Shown here: positions 1 to 11,631 of the stretch, piece after piece
How positions within the stretch are numbered: the stretch's first letter is position 1
How the letters are laid out: every line of letters starts with the position of its first letter
Source of the DNA: Planctomycetota bacterium
Lineage (GTDB): Bacteria; Planctomycetota; UBA1135; GCA-002686595
Assembly: GCA_031413955.1 (NCBI GenBank)
Contig: JANOGB010000024.1
Location: forward strand, 709-64,708
DNA: 64,000 nucleotides
Direction of reading: 5' to 3'
Position numbers and translations under genes: made by a program
Notes under the pieces: model-generated
Told to the model about the DNA's origin: nothing
What the model saw: only the letters and a program-made list of their open reading frames with translations
Databases searched by the model: none

Positions 1-50
1 CACGGATCGCGATCGCAGAGGAGTTTGGACCGGGAGCAAGTCTCCTCCGT

Positions 51-2408
51 TCACGACATCGGGATGACCCACTCGACCGGCGCATCCGCGGACGTTCCCG
101 CGGGAACCAGGCCGGCGGATTTCTGGAGGTCGGACCAGCGCAGTCGCCCGTGGACGCCCCAGGGCATCACCCGGATGCGGCTCGTCGACGGCTCGACGCG
201 CACCTCGACGAAGCTCTGGAAGTAGGGCGCCACGTTGTAGTCGAAGGCTGCGGAGAGCGACGACGGTGTCGACGGCCAGGCGTGCAGCTCCTTCATCCAC
301 CACCACAGCGGCACCTTCCAGAAGGGGTTGTTGGCCTCGTTCTTGGCCACCAGCGGCGCGGTGGCGGGATAGAAGGCCCAGGCGCGGGTCGGCATGGTCT
401 CTGGCGCGGCGAACTGCACGGCCATCGTCAGGAAGGCGCCGCCGCCGCCATTGACGAAGTGGTGCACGGAGGAGCCGCTCTCCGGCTCCTCGCGGTAGTA
501 CTCGAAGTCGTGCGTGTCGCCGGCCATCACCACGCGCACGTCGTGCTCGCGGAGCAGCCGGTGCAGGGCCGCGAACTCGGCGTTCTCCGCCGCCCGGTAT
601 ACGCCGCAGGCGTAGAGCGGGTGGCCGAGGATCGCCATCTTGAACTTGCCGCGGGCCGAGGCCAGCGCGGTCTCGAACCACGCGAGCTGCGCGCCGTCCA
701 GCCGCTTGCGAACGCCCGAGTCCACCGCGAACAGCGCGAAGCGGTCCGTCTGGAACTGGAAGAACGGTCCCTGCTGGAAACCCGTCGGCACGCGGTATTC
801 GCCGCGCAATCGCGTGGCCTCGGCCACCAGCGCTTCGATGTGCCGGTCGGTGGTGGTTGTGAGCTCGAAGTCCGCCGCCACACGAGCGCGCATCATCGTC
901 CGCGCCGCGGCCGGCTCGAGGAAGGTCGCCGCGAAGCCCTCGAGGGCATCGTACCAGTCATGGTTGCCCGGGATCGCGTAGATCGGTTTCTGCACGCCCT
1001 TGAAGGGGAGCCAGAACTTCGCCTCGTAGTCCTTCATCTCGCCCGACGGATAGATCACATCCGAGGAGAGCACGACGAAGCGCACGTCGGGCTGCAGGGC
1101 GGCGATGAGGAGCTGGTCGCGCAGCACGTGCTGCGACGCATCGCCCTCGCCGGTGTCGCCGATGACGAGGAAGGAGAAGTCGGCGGCGTCCTCCACGCCC
1201 GGCGGGCGCACCGCGAAGGTCGGCTCCGGCCGGCCGGCGGCGGTCTCTTCCGCGCGCACGGCTTCGATCATGGCCTGACGCCAGGCATCGGTGCGCGCTT
1301 CCGCCCAGGCGTTCCAGATGCCGGATGCATAGTTCTCCGTGTCGAAATACCAGCTCATCCCCAGCACCGGCGTGACCGCGGCGATGACGGCGGCCACGGG
1401 CAGTCCGGTCTGCAGGCCCCGCTTCAGTGCGTTGCGCAGAGAGTAGCTCGCAAGCTTCAGGCGTATGGACCTGCGCAGATGGCGCGTGAGGAATGCGCGC
1501 ACGAGATGCCGCAGCAACCGGCCCCACCGATCCGCACCGGCGCCCGCGAGGTACCAATCCCAGGCCCTGCGCTCGAACGGACGCAGGGCCGTGCGCAGGA
1601 TGAGTTGCGCCGGGAGCACGATCCCGAGGCCCACGCCCAGCGCGAAGACGAGATCGCCCACCACCGCGAAACCGGGCGAGACGATCCCGAGCGTGGTGCG
1701 ATCGAGCCCCATCCGGCCCAGATGGATGGCGAAGAGGGTGAACACGAAGGTCCAGATCCAGTAGTGGTCGATCGGCCCGCGCGCCCGCTCCTGGGCGTCG
1801 AGCTGCGTGGAGAGCTCCTGCAGCTCCGGACGTCCCTCGAGACCGAGCGAACGCAACGCGCCCTCGCTGGCGGCTCCGGCCTGATAGGTGGACGCGCGGT
1901 AGACCTCGGCCGCCGTCCCGAAGATGCGCAGAGCCACGGCGCTGGACACGATCCAAAGCGATCCGGCGTCCCGGAGCAACACGACCGCGAGCACCACCGC
2001 GAATTGGCCCAGGGCGGCCGCGACGTTCCAACCCGAGGGCTCGCGCGCGCGTCGGGCGCGCACCGCCGCCACCGCATATCGGACCCCGTCGACGGCAAAC
2101 CACCCGGCCACGCCGAGCAAGAGCGCACCCTTCGCGAGCATGGGCGCATTCATGAGCAGCACGCCCAGCGCGAGCGTGACCGCCCCGCCGAACCAGGCCG
2201 CACGTCTCTCCGCTGGATTCGAGCGGCGCATACCATGGAACAGCTCGAGGCACGCGGTCAGGAAGAGGAGTCCGCCGAGACGCCACTCGGGGGCGAGCTC
2301 CGGCCAGAACGGGACGAACAGCGCCAGGACGCCGAGCACGCCAACGGTGCCGGCTGCGAGCCGTTGCTGGCGCTTCGCGTCGGGTAAATTCTGGGGCGAG
2401 TCGTTCAT
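51..2408 (-). CDS. membrane-anchored metallophosphoesterase (multi-TM N-terminal half + calcineurin-like phosphoesterase domain)
   Basis: 785-aa ORF with ATG at 2408. The N-terminal half is hydrophobic. The C-terminal half has metallophosphoesterase motifs GDTGEG, VLSSDVIYPSG, IPGNHDWY and AGDTHDFEYY. Confidence 0.85.
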   Translation of the reverse strand: MNDSPQNLPDAKRQQRLAAGTVGVLGVLALFVPFWPELAPEWRLGGLLFLTACLELFHGMRRSNPAERRAAWFGGAVTLALGVLLMNAPMLAKGALLLGVAGWFAVDGVRYAVAAVRARRAREPSGWNVAAALGQFAVVLAVVLLRDAGSLWIVSSAVALRIFGTAAEVYRASTYQAGAASEGALRSLGLEGRPELQELSTQLDAQERARGPIDHYWIWTFVFTLFAIHLGRMGLDRTTLGIVSPGFAVVGDLVFALGVGLGIVLPAQLILRTALRPFERRAWDWYLAGAGADRWGRLLRHLVRAFLTRHLRRSIRLKLASYSLRNALKRGLQTGLPVAAVIAAVTPVLGMSWYFDTENYASGIWNAWAEARTDAWRQAMIEAVRAEETAAGRPEPTFAVRPPGVEDAADFSFLVIGDTGEGDASQHVLRDQLLIAALQPDVRFVVLSSDVIYPSGEMKDYEAKFWLPFKGVQKPIYAIPGNHDWYDALEGFAATFLEPAAARTMMRARVAADFELTTTTDRHIEALVAEATRLRGEYRVPTGFQQGPFFQFQTDRFALFAVDSGVRKRLDGAQLAWFETALASARGKFKMAILGHPLYACGVYRAAENAEFAALHRLLREHDVRVVMAGDTHDFEYYREEPESGSSVHHFVNGGGGAFLTMAVQFAAPETMPTRAWAFYPATAPLVAKNEANNPFWKVPLWWWMKELHAWPSTPSSLSAAFDYNVAPYFQSFVEVRVEPSTSRIRVMPWGVHGRLRWSDLQKSAGLVPAGTSADAPVEWVIPMS

Positions 2409-2454
2409 TTCAGAGCTTCGGTCACTTGGACGGTGATGGAGCCCTTCGCGGCCG

Positions 2455-3075
2455 GTACGCGAGGCGGAGCTGCTCGAGGGTGCGCGCCATGCCAGCGTAG
2501 TCGCCGCGCGCGCCGCAGCGTATGGAGAGGTGGTCGGGCGCGTTCGTCTGCACCACCACGCGCCCGGGTCGGGTGCCGCGGCCGGCGCGGCCGGAGACCT
2601 AGGCGATGAGTTGGAACGTGCTCTCGTCGGCGCGGAAATCGGGCAGGTTGAGGGCCTGGTCAGCGGAGAGGATGCCCACCAGGGTGACGCGCGGGAAGTC
2701 GAGGCCCTTGGCGATCATCTGCGTGCCCACCAGGACGTCGAGGTCATGGCGCTCGAAGGCGACGAGCGTGTTCTAGTAGTCCTCGCGCCGGCGCATCGAG
2801 TCCGAGTCCATGCGCGCGATGCGCGCGCCGGGCATGAGGCGCGCGAGTTCGGGTTCGACCTTCTCGCTGCCCTCGACCAGGGGCCGCAGGTCAGGGCGAC
2901 GGCCACGTCGCGCGCGTGGTAGCGCGAGGCACGCTCTCCTGCTTGAAGGACGGCTCGTGCTCCTCGTCGACCACGATCACGACCAAGTCGCGCACGGGCG
3001 CGATGGTGGCCGAGCGCGCGCACACCACCACGTGCGCATCTCGCCTGCAGACCGCCTCGCCCAGAAGCGTCAAGC
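2455..3075 (-). pseudogene. decayed internal fragment of a priA-like helicase gene
   Basis: By manual alignment, 2473-2898 matches priA 3810-4235 (constant offset 1337) and 2899-~3070 matches priA 4663-~4830 (offset 1764). About nine in ten bases are identical in the stretches I compared. Relative to priA there are in-frame TAG codons at 2599-2601 and 2773-2775 and a ~427-bp internal deletion. Confidence 0.8.
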
Positions 3076-3082
3076 AGCTCTT

Positions 3083-3448
3083 CTACAGCCCGCCAATTCG
3101 CTCGATGATTACCTCGGCCAGATGGCGAAAGTCTCGATACGCCAGCTGGACTGCTCCCTGATGACCACCGATCGCGCCGTCCGCCGGCTTGAGAAAGAAC
3201 ATGGGCTTCTTCGCTTCTTGGGCCATCGGCATCAACGAACGGTAGTCCTTGAGCTGAGCCAAGCAATACTCGTCGGTCGCGATGTCGAGCCCCACTATCG
3301 CGGGTTGCCCAAAGGACTGGCGGTACCCTCCGGGCATCCGATCGATCCACCGTTGGAACGCCTTCCTCCCTGCGGCTCGAAGGCACAGAGGGGCGCGAGC
3401 GGCGGCCCCCCGCAGCGGGGTCAAGTTACGCAGGACTGTGTGGCTCAC
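3083..3448 (-). CDS. hypothetical protein (orphan, visibly lower GC than surroundings)
   Basis: 121-aa ORF with a GTG start at 3448, preceded by GAGGAGG (3456-3462) 7 nt upstream. Composition is noticeably less GC-rich than flanking genes. I recognise no family. Confidence 0.45.
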   Translation of the reverse strand: MSHTVLRNLTPLRGAAARAPLCLRAAGRKAFQRWIDRMPGGYRQSFGQPAIVGLDIATDEYCLAQLKDYRSLMPMAQEAKKPMFFLKPADGAIGGHQGAVQLAYRDFRHLAEVIIERIGGL

Positions 3449-3482
3449 GGCTGCACCTCCTCGTGCTCCAAGAGCTCGCGAA

Positions 3483-5792
<2,310 letters not shown>

Positions 5793-5802
5793 GACACTCC
5801 CC

Positions 5803-6087
5803 TCAGGGGCAAGCGCAGGGCGCTCGGGAGCAACGCGGGCAGCCGGCCTCGTACTTCTTGCGCGCGGCGACCTCCAGGTCCACGCCCGCGATCGAGGCCA
5901 GGGTCGCGAGCCAGGCGAGCACGTCGGCGAACTCGCCGTCCAGCTCGGTTTTCTGACCACGCCGCAGCGCGCGCGTCAGCTCGCCGACCTCCTCGCAGAA
6001 CCACATGTGGGTCCCGGCCAGACCGCGGGCCGAGTCGCGCGCGAAGTAGATCTCCTCGATGCGGCGCTGGAAGTCGTGGATGCGCAT
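5803..6087 (-). CDS. small MazG-like nucleotide pyrophosphohydrolase
   Basis: MRIHDFQRRIEEIY...WFCEEVGELTRAL...EFADVLAWL... with a C-terminal CPRCSRAPCAC tail typical of the short MazG family. ATG at 6087 is preferred over GTG at 6099. Confidence 0.8.
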   Translation of the reverse strand: MRIHDFQRRIEEIYFARDSARGLAGTHMWFCEEVGELTRALRRGQKTELDGEFADVLAWLATLASIAGVDLEVAARKKYEAGCPRCSRAPCACP

Positions 6088-6100
6088 GGGGGATCCCACA

Positions 6101-6181
6101 CCCGGGAGCGCCTGGCTCCACCCTGGCTCTTTCTTTTCCTCCGACGGAATAAATAGCCGGGCTGTAGCCCGGCGCTCCCGG
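6101..6181. repeat. palindromic intergenic-type repeat, short copy of the GGGAGCGCCGGGCTCCAGCCCGGCT family
   Basis: The left arm cccgggagcgcctggctccaccctggct (6101-) and right arm agccgggctgtagcccggcgctcccgg (-6181) are reverse complements with about 4 mismatches. The core is shared with the 23631-23760 element. Confidence 0.7.
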
Positions 6182-7560
6182 TTGACGCGAAAGGGTGACC
6201 ACGGAGATGTCCTCCTGGAACCCGCCCTCGCCCGCGTACTGCTCCAGGTCCCGGCGCAGGGCGCGCAGGAACTGCGTCGTGTCGAGCGCGTTGTGCTTGC
6301 GCACGCGGACGTAGAAGGCCTTCTCGCCCAGCTCCTCGCCCGCGTCGTTCTTGATGCGCACGGGCGCGCTGTTCGCGAGCACCAGACGGTCGCCGGGGTC
6401 GAGCGGCACCTCGACCACCTGCAGGCGGCGATCGAACACGGCGCCCTTGTCGAAGCCGAAGGCGATGCCCTCGGGCTGGACCACGCGCAACTGCCCGTCG
6501 GAAGCGCACACGCGCAGGAGCGGGATCTTGTGCCCGGCGCAGGCCACCGTCGCGCGACCCACGGCCGGATCGAGCAGGGCGTAGAGCGCGCTCACGAACA
6601 TGCCGCGGCGCACGTCCGCCGCCAGCCAGCCGTTGATGCGGCGGAAGGCGTCGGCCACCTCGCCGGGGCGTTCCAGCTCGCTCTTCAGGTAGGCGCGCGC
6701 GGTAGCGCCGACCAGCGCCGCCGGCACGCCGCGTCCGCTGACCTCGCCCACCAGCAAGCCCCACTGGCCGTCGGCGCGCTGGACGAACTCGTGGAAATCG
6801 CCGCCGAAGCGCGGCGAGGCCAAAAAAGCAGCGCCCAGGTCGTAGCCCTCGATCAAGGGCGTGCCCTCGGGCAAGAGCGCGTTGCGCACGCTGGAGGCGA
6901 GGTCGAGCTCGCGCTGGCGCACGGAGAGCTCGAACTCCGTCTCCTTGCCTTCGGCGAGATCGCTGGTCATGCGGTCGATGGCGCGCGCGAGCAGGCGCAG
7001 CTCGGCCGGACCGCTGGCCTTCGTGCGGTGGCGCAGGTTGCCCATGGCGATCTGGCGCACGTCGTAGATCAGACTCTCGACCGGCTTCGAGACGCTGTCG
7101 GCCACCAGGATCGAGACCGTCGCGCCGATGACGAGCACGACCACGAACGTGCCCACGATCAGCCACAGCATCTGCACCTCGGCGAGCTCGGCCTGGGGCA
7201 CGTAGAGCTCGAACCTGTCCGGCGAATCCGTGCCGACTCCGAGCTCGTGGCGGTACAGGCGCCCGCGTCCGCTCTCGTCATAGCGGTACGGGTAGACGAG
7301 CACGCCGGTCTCATCGTGCAACCAGCCTTGCTCGAGTTCCTTCGGCGGTCCTCCCTCCGCGAAGCGCAACGCGTGCGTGAAGCCCACCGCCCGGCAGAGC
7401 AGGTCCTCCTGCGAGCTCTTCACGATGGCGGCGGACTTGGAATAGAGCATGGCTGCGGTGATGGCCGTGACGACGGCCAGGGGCAGGGTCGTGGCCAGCA
7501 CGAAGCGGGCCTTCAGCCCCATGACCTTGATGCGTAGATCGCCCTCCCGCCCGCCCGGTT

Positions 7561-8058
7561 TCACGCCAGCACCCATTTCTCCGGCTCGAGCACGAAGAGT
7601 CTCAGCACCACCATCACAGCGAGGCCATAGAGCCCGGAGACGACGTCGTCGAGCAGGATCCCGTCCCCGCCGCCGAGGCGTTCCATCGCGCGCGCGGGCG
7701 GCGGCTTGACCACGTCCAGGAAGCGGAACAGGAAGAACGCGACGGTGAGCGCGAGCGGGCTCGGGCCCTTCGTCCACATGCAGGTGATCAGGTATCCGAT
7801 CACCTCGTCGACCACGAAGAAGCCCGGGTCCTTGCCTCTGGCGTAGCGCTCGGACCACGCGCCCAGCGAGCGGCCCGCGGCGTACAGCACGAGGCACGCG
7901 AGGAGGCTCCAGTAGAGGAAGTGCTCGGTGCGGGCGAGCAACCAGGCGAGGGCCACGCCGCCGAGCGTGCCGGCCGTGCCGGGCGCGAAGGGCGAGAGCC
8001 CCAGGAAGCCGAACGAGACGAAGCCGAGCTTCAGGGTGTCCATTCCCGTCCGCTTCAT
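7561..8058 (-). CDS. pgpA: phosphatidylglycerophosphatase A
   Basis: GFLGLSPFAPGTAGTLGG, FFVVDEVIGY and FRFLDVVKPPP motifs. ATG at 8058 overlaps the pgsA stop (ATGA). Confidence 0.85.
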   Translation of the reverse strand: MKRTGMDTLKLGFVSFGFLGLSPFAPGTAGTLGGVALAWLLARTEHFLYWSLLACLVLYAAGRSLGAWSERYARGKDPGFFVVDEVIGYLITCMWTKGPSPLALTVAFFLFRFLDVVKPPPARAMERLGGGDGILLDDVVSGLYGLAVMVVLRLFVLEPEKWVLA

Positions 8059-8666
8059 GCCGGCTTGCCTTCGAGCAGCAGGCGCCGCGTCTTGAGCACG
8101 TACGAGGTGCCCGAGCCGACCGTGGTCACCAGCGTCGCGTACACGAACACCTGAGCCGTCATCTCCAGGAACGCGCGCAGCGGACCGGGCCAGCCGAAGG
8201 CGTGGATGCCGAGCACCACGCCGATGGCGATGCACTGCACGATCATCTTGACCTTGCCGAACCAGTCGGCCGGGAAGGCCAGGCCCTGGCTCTCGACGTA
8301 GCCGCGGATGCCGGTCACCAGGAACTCGCGCGCCACGACCGCCACCACGATCCAGGCCGGGAACCAGTGCTGCGACCAGTCGAGCACGGCCAGGTACACC
8401 ATCGCGCCGATCACCAGCACCTTGTCGACGAAGGGATCCGCGATGCGCCCGAAGCTCGTGATCTGGTTGCCGCGCCGCGCCAGGTATCCATCCAGATAGT
8501 CGGTGGCCGCGATCACGATGAACAGCCAGAAGGCGAGGCCGGCGTAGAGCGTGCTCGCGTCGAGCTCGTCCCCCACCAGCTCCAAGATCACGAACAGGAC
8601 CAGCGAGCCCAGGAAGCGCAGCAGCGTGATGCGGTTCGGCCAGTGAGCGAAGACGCCCTCGCTCAT
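8055..8666 (-). CDS. pgsA: CDP-diacylglycerol--glycerol-3-phosphate 3-phosphatidyltransferase
   Basis: CDP-alcohol phosphatidyltransferase motif DYLDGYLARRGNQITSFGRIADPFVDK in a multi-TM protein. Confidence 0.9.
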   Translation of the reverse strand: MSEGVFAHWPNRITLLRFLGSLVLFVILELVGDELDASTLYAGLAFWLFIVIAATDYLDGYLARRGNQITSFGRIADPFVDKVLVIGAMVYLAVLDWSQHWFPAWIVVAVVAREFLVTGIRGYVESQGLAFPADWFGKVKMIVQCIAIGVVLGIHAFGWPGPLRAFLEMTAQVFVYATLVTTVGSGTSYVLKTRRLLLEGKPA

Positions 8667-10021
8667 GGGCGCCGTCCCCTGGCCACGCCCACCTGGACCG
8701 GGCGGCAGACGAGATTCGCCTGCGCGTCCAGGCCCGCGACCAGGGCGTCGATGCGCTCGCCGACGGCGGCCGTGCAGTCTTGCACCTCGGCCACCAGGTC
8801 GACCTCGGGTGCGTCCATCGCGGCGCGGGCGATGGCGCGAGTCCCGTGGACTTCGTCCACCAGCACCTCGAGCGTGCTCCCGACCAGCGCCTCCTGACTG
8901 GCGCGCAGGATCGCGTCGCGGGCCTCGAACAGGGCCACGAGGCGCTGCTCGATGACCGCTTCGGGCACGCGCCCGGCGAGGGTCTCGCCGTGCGTGCCCT
9001 CCTCCGGCGAATACGGGAAGGCTCCCAGCCGTCCGAGGCGATAGGTGCGCACGAAGTCGAGCAGCTCGGCCACGTCCTCGTCCGTCTCGCCCGGATAGCC
9101 GACGAGCAGCGTCGTGCGCAGCGTGATCCCCGGCACCTCGGCCAGCAGCCGGTCGAGGATCGCGCGCACGGCCTCGCCGCTGCCGGCGCGGCGCATCGCG
9201 CGCAGCACGTTGGTCGCGGCGTGCTGCACCGGGACGTCGATGTACTTCAGCACGCGCGGGTGCTCACGGAGGAGCGGGACGAGGCCCCAGGGAAAGCGGT
9301 GCGGGTAGGCGTACATGAGGCGCACCCGGTGCGGACCCTCGAGCTCCGCCAGGCCTTCGACCAGGGCCGGCAGCTCGAGCCCGAACTCACGCCCCCAGGC
9401 GGTCGAGTCCTCGGCCACGAGCACGAGCTCCTTCACGCCGGCGTCGATCAGCTCGCGCGCCTCGTCCAGCACGGCCTCGGGCCGCTTCGAGCGGTGCGGG
9501 CCGCGGATGGCGGGGATGGCGCAGAAGGCGCAGGTGTGATCGCAGCCGTGCGAGATGCGCAGGTAGGCGTACGAACGCGGCGTCGAGAGCAGGCGCGCGC
9601 CCTCGCGCTCCGGCTCGCGCAGACCGCCCGCGGCCAGGTAGCGCGGTCCGACGCGCTTCGTGCCGAGCTCCCGCACGGCTCCGGCCAGGGCGCGGTAGTC
9701 GGAGATCTCGGCGAACAGGTCGACCTCCGGGAAGCGGCTCACCAGCGCGTGGCGGTAGCGCTGCACCAGGCAGCCGGCCACGACCACCGCGCGCAGCTCG
9801 CCGCGCCGCTTGCGCGCGATCAGGTCGCGGATCACGCCCTCGGACTCCGCCCGCGCCGGGCCGATGAACGAGCAGGTGTTGACGATGCCGACCTCGGCGT
9901 CCTCCAGGGCGCCGGAGACGATGCAGCCCTGCTCGGCCATGCGCGCGAGCATGACCTCGGAATCGATCAGATTGCGCGCGCACCCCAGGTGCACCAGCGA
10001 GACGGTGGTCGGTTCGCTCAC
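8663..10021 (-). CDS. rimO: ribosomal protein S12 methylthiotransferase
   Basis: MTTase N-terminal HLGCARNLIDSE...NTCSF, radical-SAM CDHTCAFCAIP, and a C-terminal TRAM-like region. Confidence 0.9.
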   Translation of the reverse strand: MSEPTTVSLVHLGCARNLIDSEVMLARMAEQGCIVSGALEDAEVGIVNTCSFIGPARAESEGVIRDLIARKRRGELRAVVVAGCLVQRYRHALVSRFPEVDLFAEISDYRALAGAVRELGTKRVGPRYLAAGGLREPEREGARLLSTPRSYAYLRISHGCDHTCAFCAIPAIRGPHRSKRPEAVLDEARELIDAGVKELVLVAEDSTAWGREFGLELPALVEGLAELEGPHRVRLMYAYPHRFPWGLVPLLREHPRVLKYIDVPVQHAATNVLRAMRRAGSGEAVRAILDRLLAEVPGITLRTTLLVGYPGETDEDVAELLDFVRTYRLGRLGAFPYSPEEGTHGETLAGRVPEAVIEQRLVALFEARDAILRASQEALVGSTLEVLVDEVHGTRAIARAAMDAPEVDLVAEVQDCTAAVGERIDALVAGLDAQANLVCRPVQVGVARGRRP

Positions 10022-10062
10022 GACGGGGGTTTACGCGCGACCCACGCGGCCGCCCCTGATGG

Positions 10063-11631
10063 TCAAGAAACCTGCGGAGCGTGGGGCAGCCACTGTTCGC
10101 GGGTGAGGAGTATATCCCGCGTGCGTCCGCCCATGTACGGGCCGATCAGGCCGGCCTGCTGCAGCTCGTCCAGCACGCGGCAGGCCTGGTCGAAGTCGAC
10201 GCCGAAGCGCCGCTCCAGCATCGAGACGGCCACGCGCTTCTGCTCGAGGATGGCGCAGCCCGCCTCGTACACGAGCTTGCTCCAGCGTTCGCCCTCTTCG
10301 TCACGAGCCTCGCTCCGCCCGGCCCGGGGCGCGGCGACCGGCTGCAGCAGGAACTCCTGTTGCCCCGCGGGCGCCGCAGGGAATGCGGGAGCTTCCGGCT
10401 CGTCCGCGAGCGCTGCCTCCGACTCGTCGGCCGGCGCGATCGCGACGGCGAAGGGATCCTCCTCGCCAGGCTCCGGCTCGTGCACGGGCTTCGTGGACTC
10501 GGGGAGTCCGAAGTCGAAGGTGGAAGTGAGCTCGACCCGGGCGGGCTGGACGGGCGCAGCTTCCTCCTCGAGCTCTTCCTCCTCGTCGAAGAGCCCGATC
10601 TGCTCCCAGGAGGCGTGCGGAGCCGCCGCTTCGGCCGCCTGCGCTCCTGCTTCTTCCTCTTCTTCGCCCGCAAGCTCCAGGGCCTCGGGTGCGCCTTCTT
10701 CCTCGGTCTCGAACTCTCCGCTCAGCGTCGCGGAGAGTCGTTGCTCGTCGCCCTCTTGGCCGGCGAGCTCCTCTGCGGGCAGCTCTTCCCAGGAAGGCAC
10801 GGGGGGGGCCAGCACGGAGACCGGGGGCTCATTCGCGCTGGAGGAATGCTGCGCAGCGCCGCAGGAAAGGACCGGGGGCGCTTCCACCGCCTCGCGTCCA
10901 GGGCCGCCCGCCACCTCGAGGTGGGGCGCGCGCGGCGCGCTCACGGGCGCAGCCCGGGGGGGAGCGAACGGACGGATCGTCTCAGCGCGCACCGGCACGG
11001 CCTCACGGCGCGGCACGGCTTCGTGGCGCGACAGGGGGCGCGTCGGCTGCGTGCGCGGCTCGCTCACAAGCAGCGCGGCCTCGGCCGGCGAGACACCGGC
11101 GGCGGCATCGTGGCGCGCGGCGAGCCCGACGCGCTGCACCAGCTCGGCGGAGGAGCTGCGCGGCGCGCGTTCGACGGCCAGGATCGTCCAGCCGAGCCAG
11201 GCGAGCGCCAGACCGAGCACCAGGGCCAGCACGCGCCCGAAGATGCCCGGCACGAGCCCCGGCAGCCAGGCGCCGAACTCGCTCTGGCTTCCGAACGCGC
11301 CGAAGAGGAACGCCACCCCGAGCGAGCCGAAGAGCAGCGCGAGCAGCGGGCGCAGGGCGTTCTGCTCGGTCGAGCGCAGGAAGAGCAGCGTCCCGAGCGC
11401 AGCCAGTCCGGCCGAGAACAAGAGGCCGGCCGCGGATCCGAGCAGCGTGACGAGCTCGACCACGGGCCACGTCAAGGTGCTGATCAGCCCGGGCCTGGGC
11501 TCCTGCCCGCGCATGGACAGCACGATCGAAACGGCGAAGAAGCCCCCCACCAGGCAGAAGAGGAAGCCGAGGGCGTCTTGTGCATGGCCCTTGCCAGCGA
11601 AGCCCTTGCCGTTCCGGGTGCGTTCACTCAT
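10063..11631 (-). CDS. FtsK-like protein lacking the motor: 4-TM N-terminus, acidic/Pro-rich linker, C-terminal FtsK-gamma winged-helix domain
   Basis: 522-aa ORF with four hydrophobic helices at the N-terminus and a long E/P/A-rich linker. The C-terminus KLVYEAGCAILEQKRVAVSMLERRFGVDFDQACRVLDELQQAGLIGPYMGGRTRDILL resembles the FtsK gamma domain. No Walker A/B motifs. The start overlaps the ftsK stop by 8 nt (ATGAGTGA). Confidence 0.75.
   Translation of the reverse strand: MSERTRNGKGFAGKGHAQDALGFLFCLVGGFFAVSIVLSMRGQEPRPGLISTLTWPVVELVTLLGSAAGLLFSAGLAALGTLLFLRSTEQNALRPLLALLFGSLGVAFLFGAFGSQSEFGAWLPGLVPGIFGRVLALVLGLALAWLGWTILAVERAPRSSSAELVQRVGLAARHDAAAGVSPAEAALLVSEPRTQPTRPLSRHEAVPRREAVPVRAETIRPFAPPRAAPVSAPRAPHLEVAGGPGREAVEAPPVLSCGAAQHSSSANEPPVSVLAPPVPSWEELPAEELAGQEGDEQRLSATLSGEFETEEEGAPEALELAGEEEEEAGAQAAEAAAPHASWEQIGLFDEEEELEEEAAPVQPARVELTSTFDFGLPESTKPVHEPEPGEEDPFAVAIAPADESEAALADEPEAPAFPAAPAGQQEFLLQPVAAPRAGRSEARDEEGERWSKLVYEAGCAILEQKRVAVSMLERRFGVDFDQACRVLDELQQAGLIGPYMGGRTRDILLTREQWLPHAPQVS

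Noticed and set aside
5793-5960. The ORF-track start of priA at 5960 (825 aa), and similar long N-terminal extensions (ftsK 14356, yicC 17222, secG 17508, DAHP synthase 19580, pgpA 8235, coaB 15675, pseudopilin 63232).
   Set aside because: The extensions are Arg/Pro/Ser-rich, overlap the upstream gene, and precede internal starts that give canonical N-termini (for example MLRSMTGFG, MAGSKEKK, MGARGGFTLVEM).
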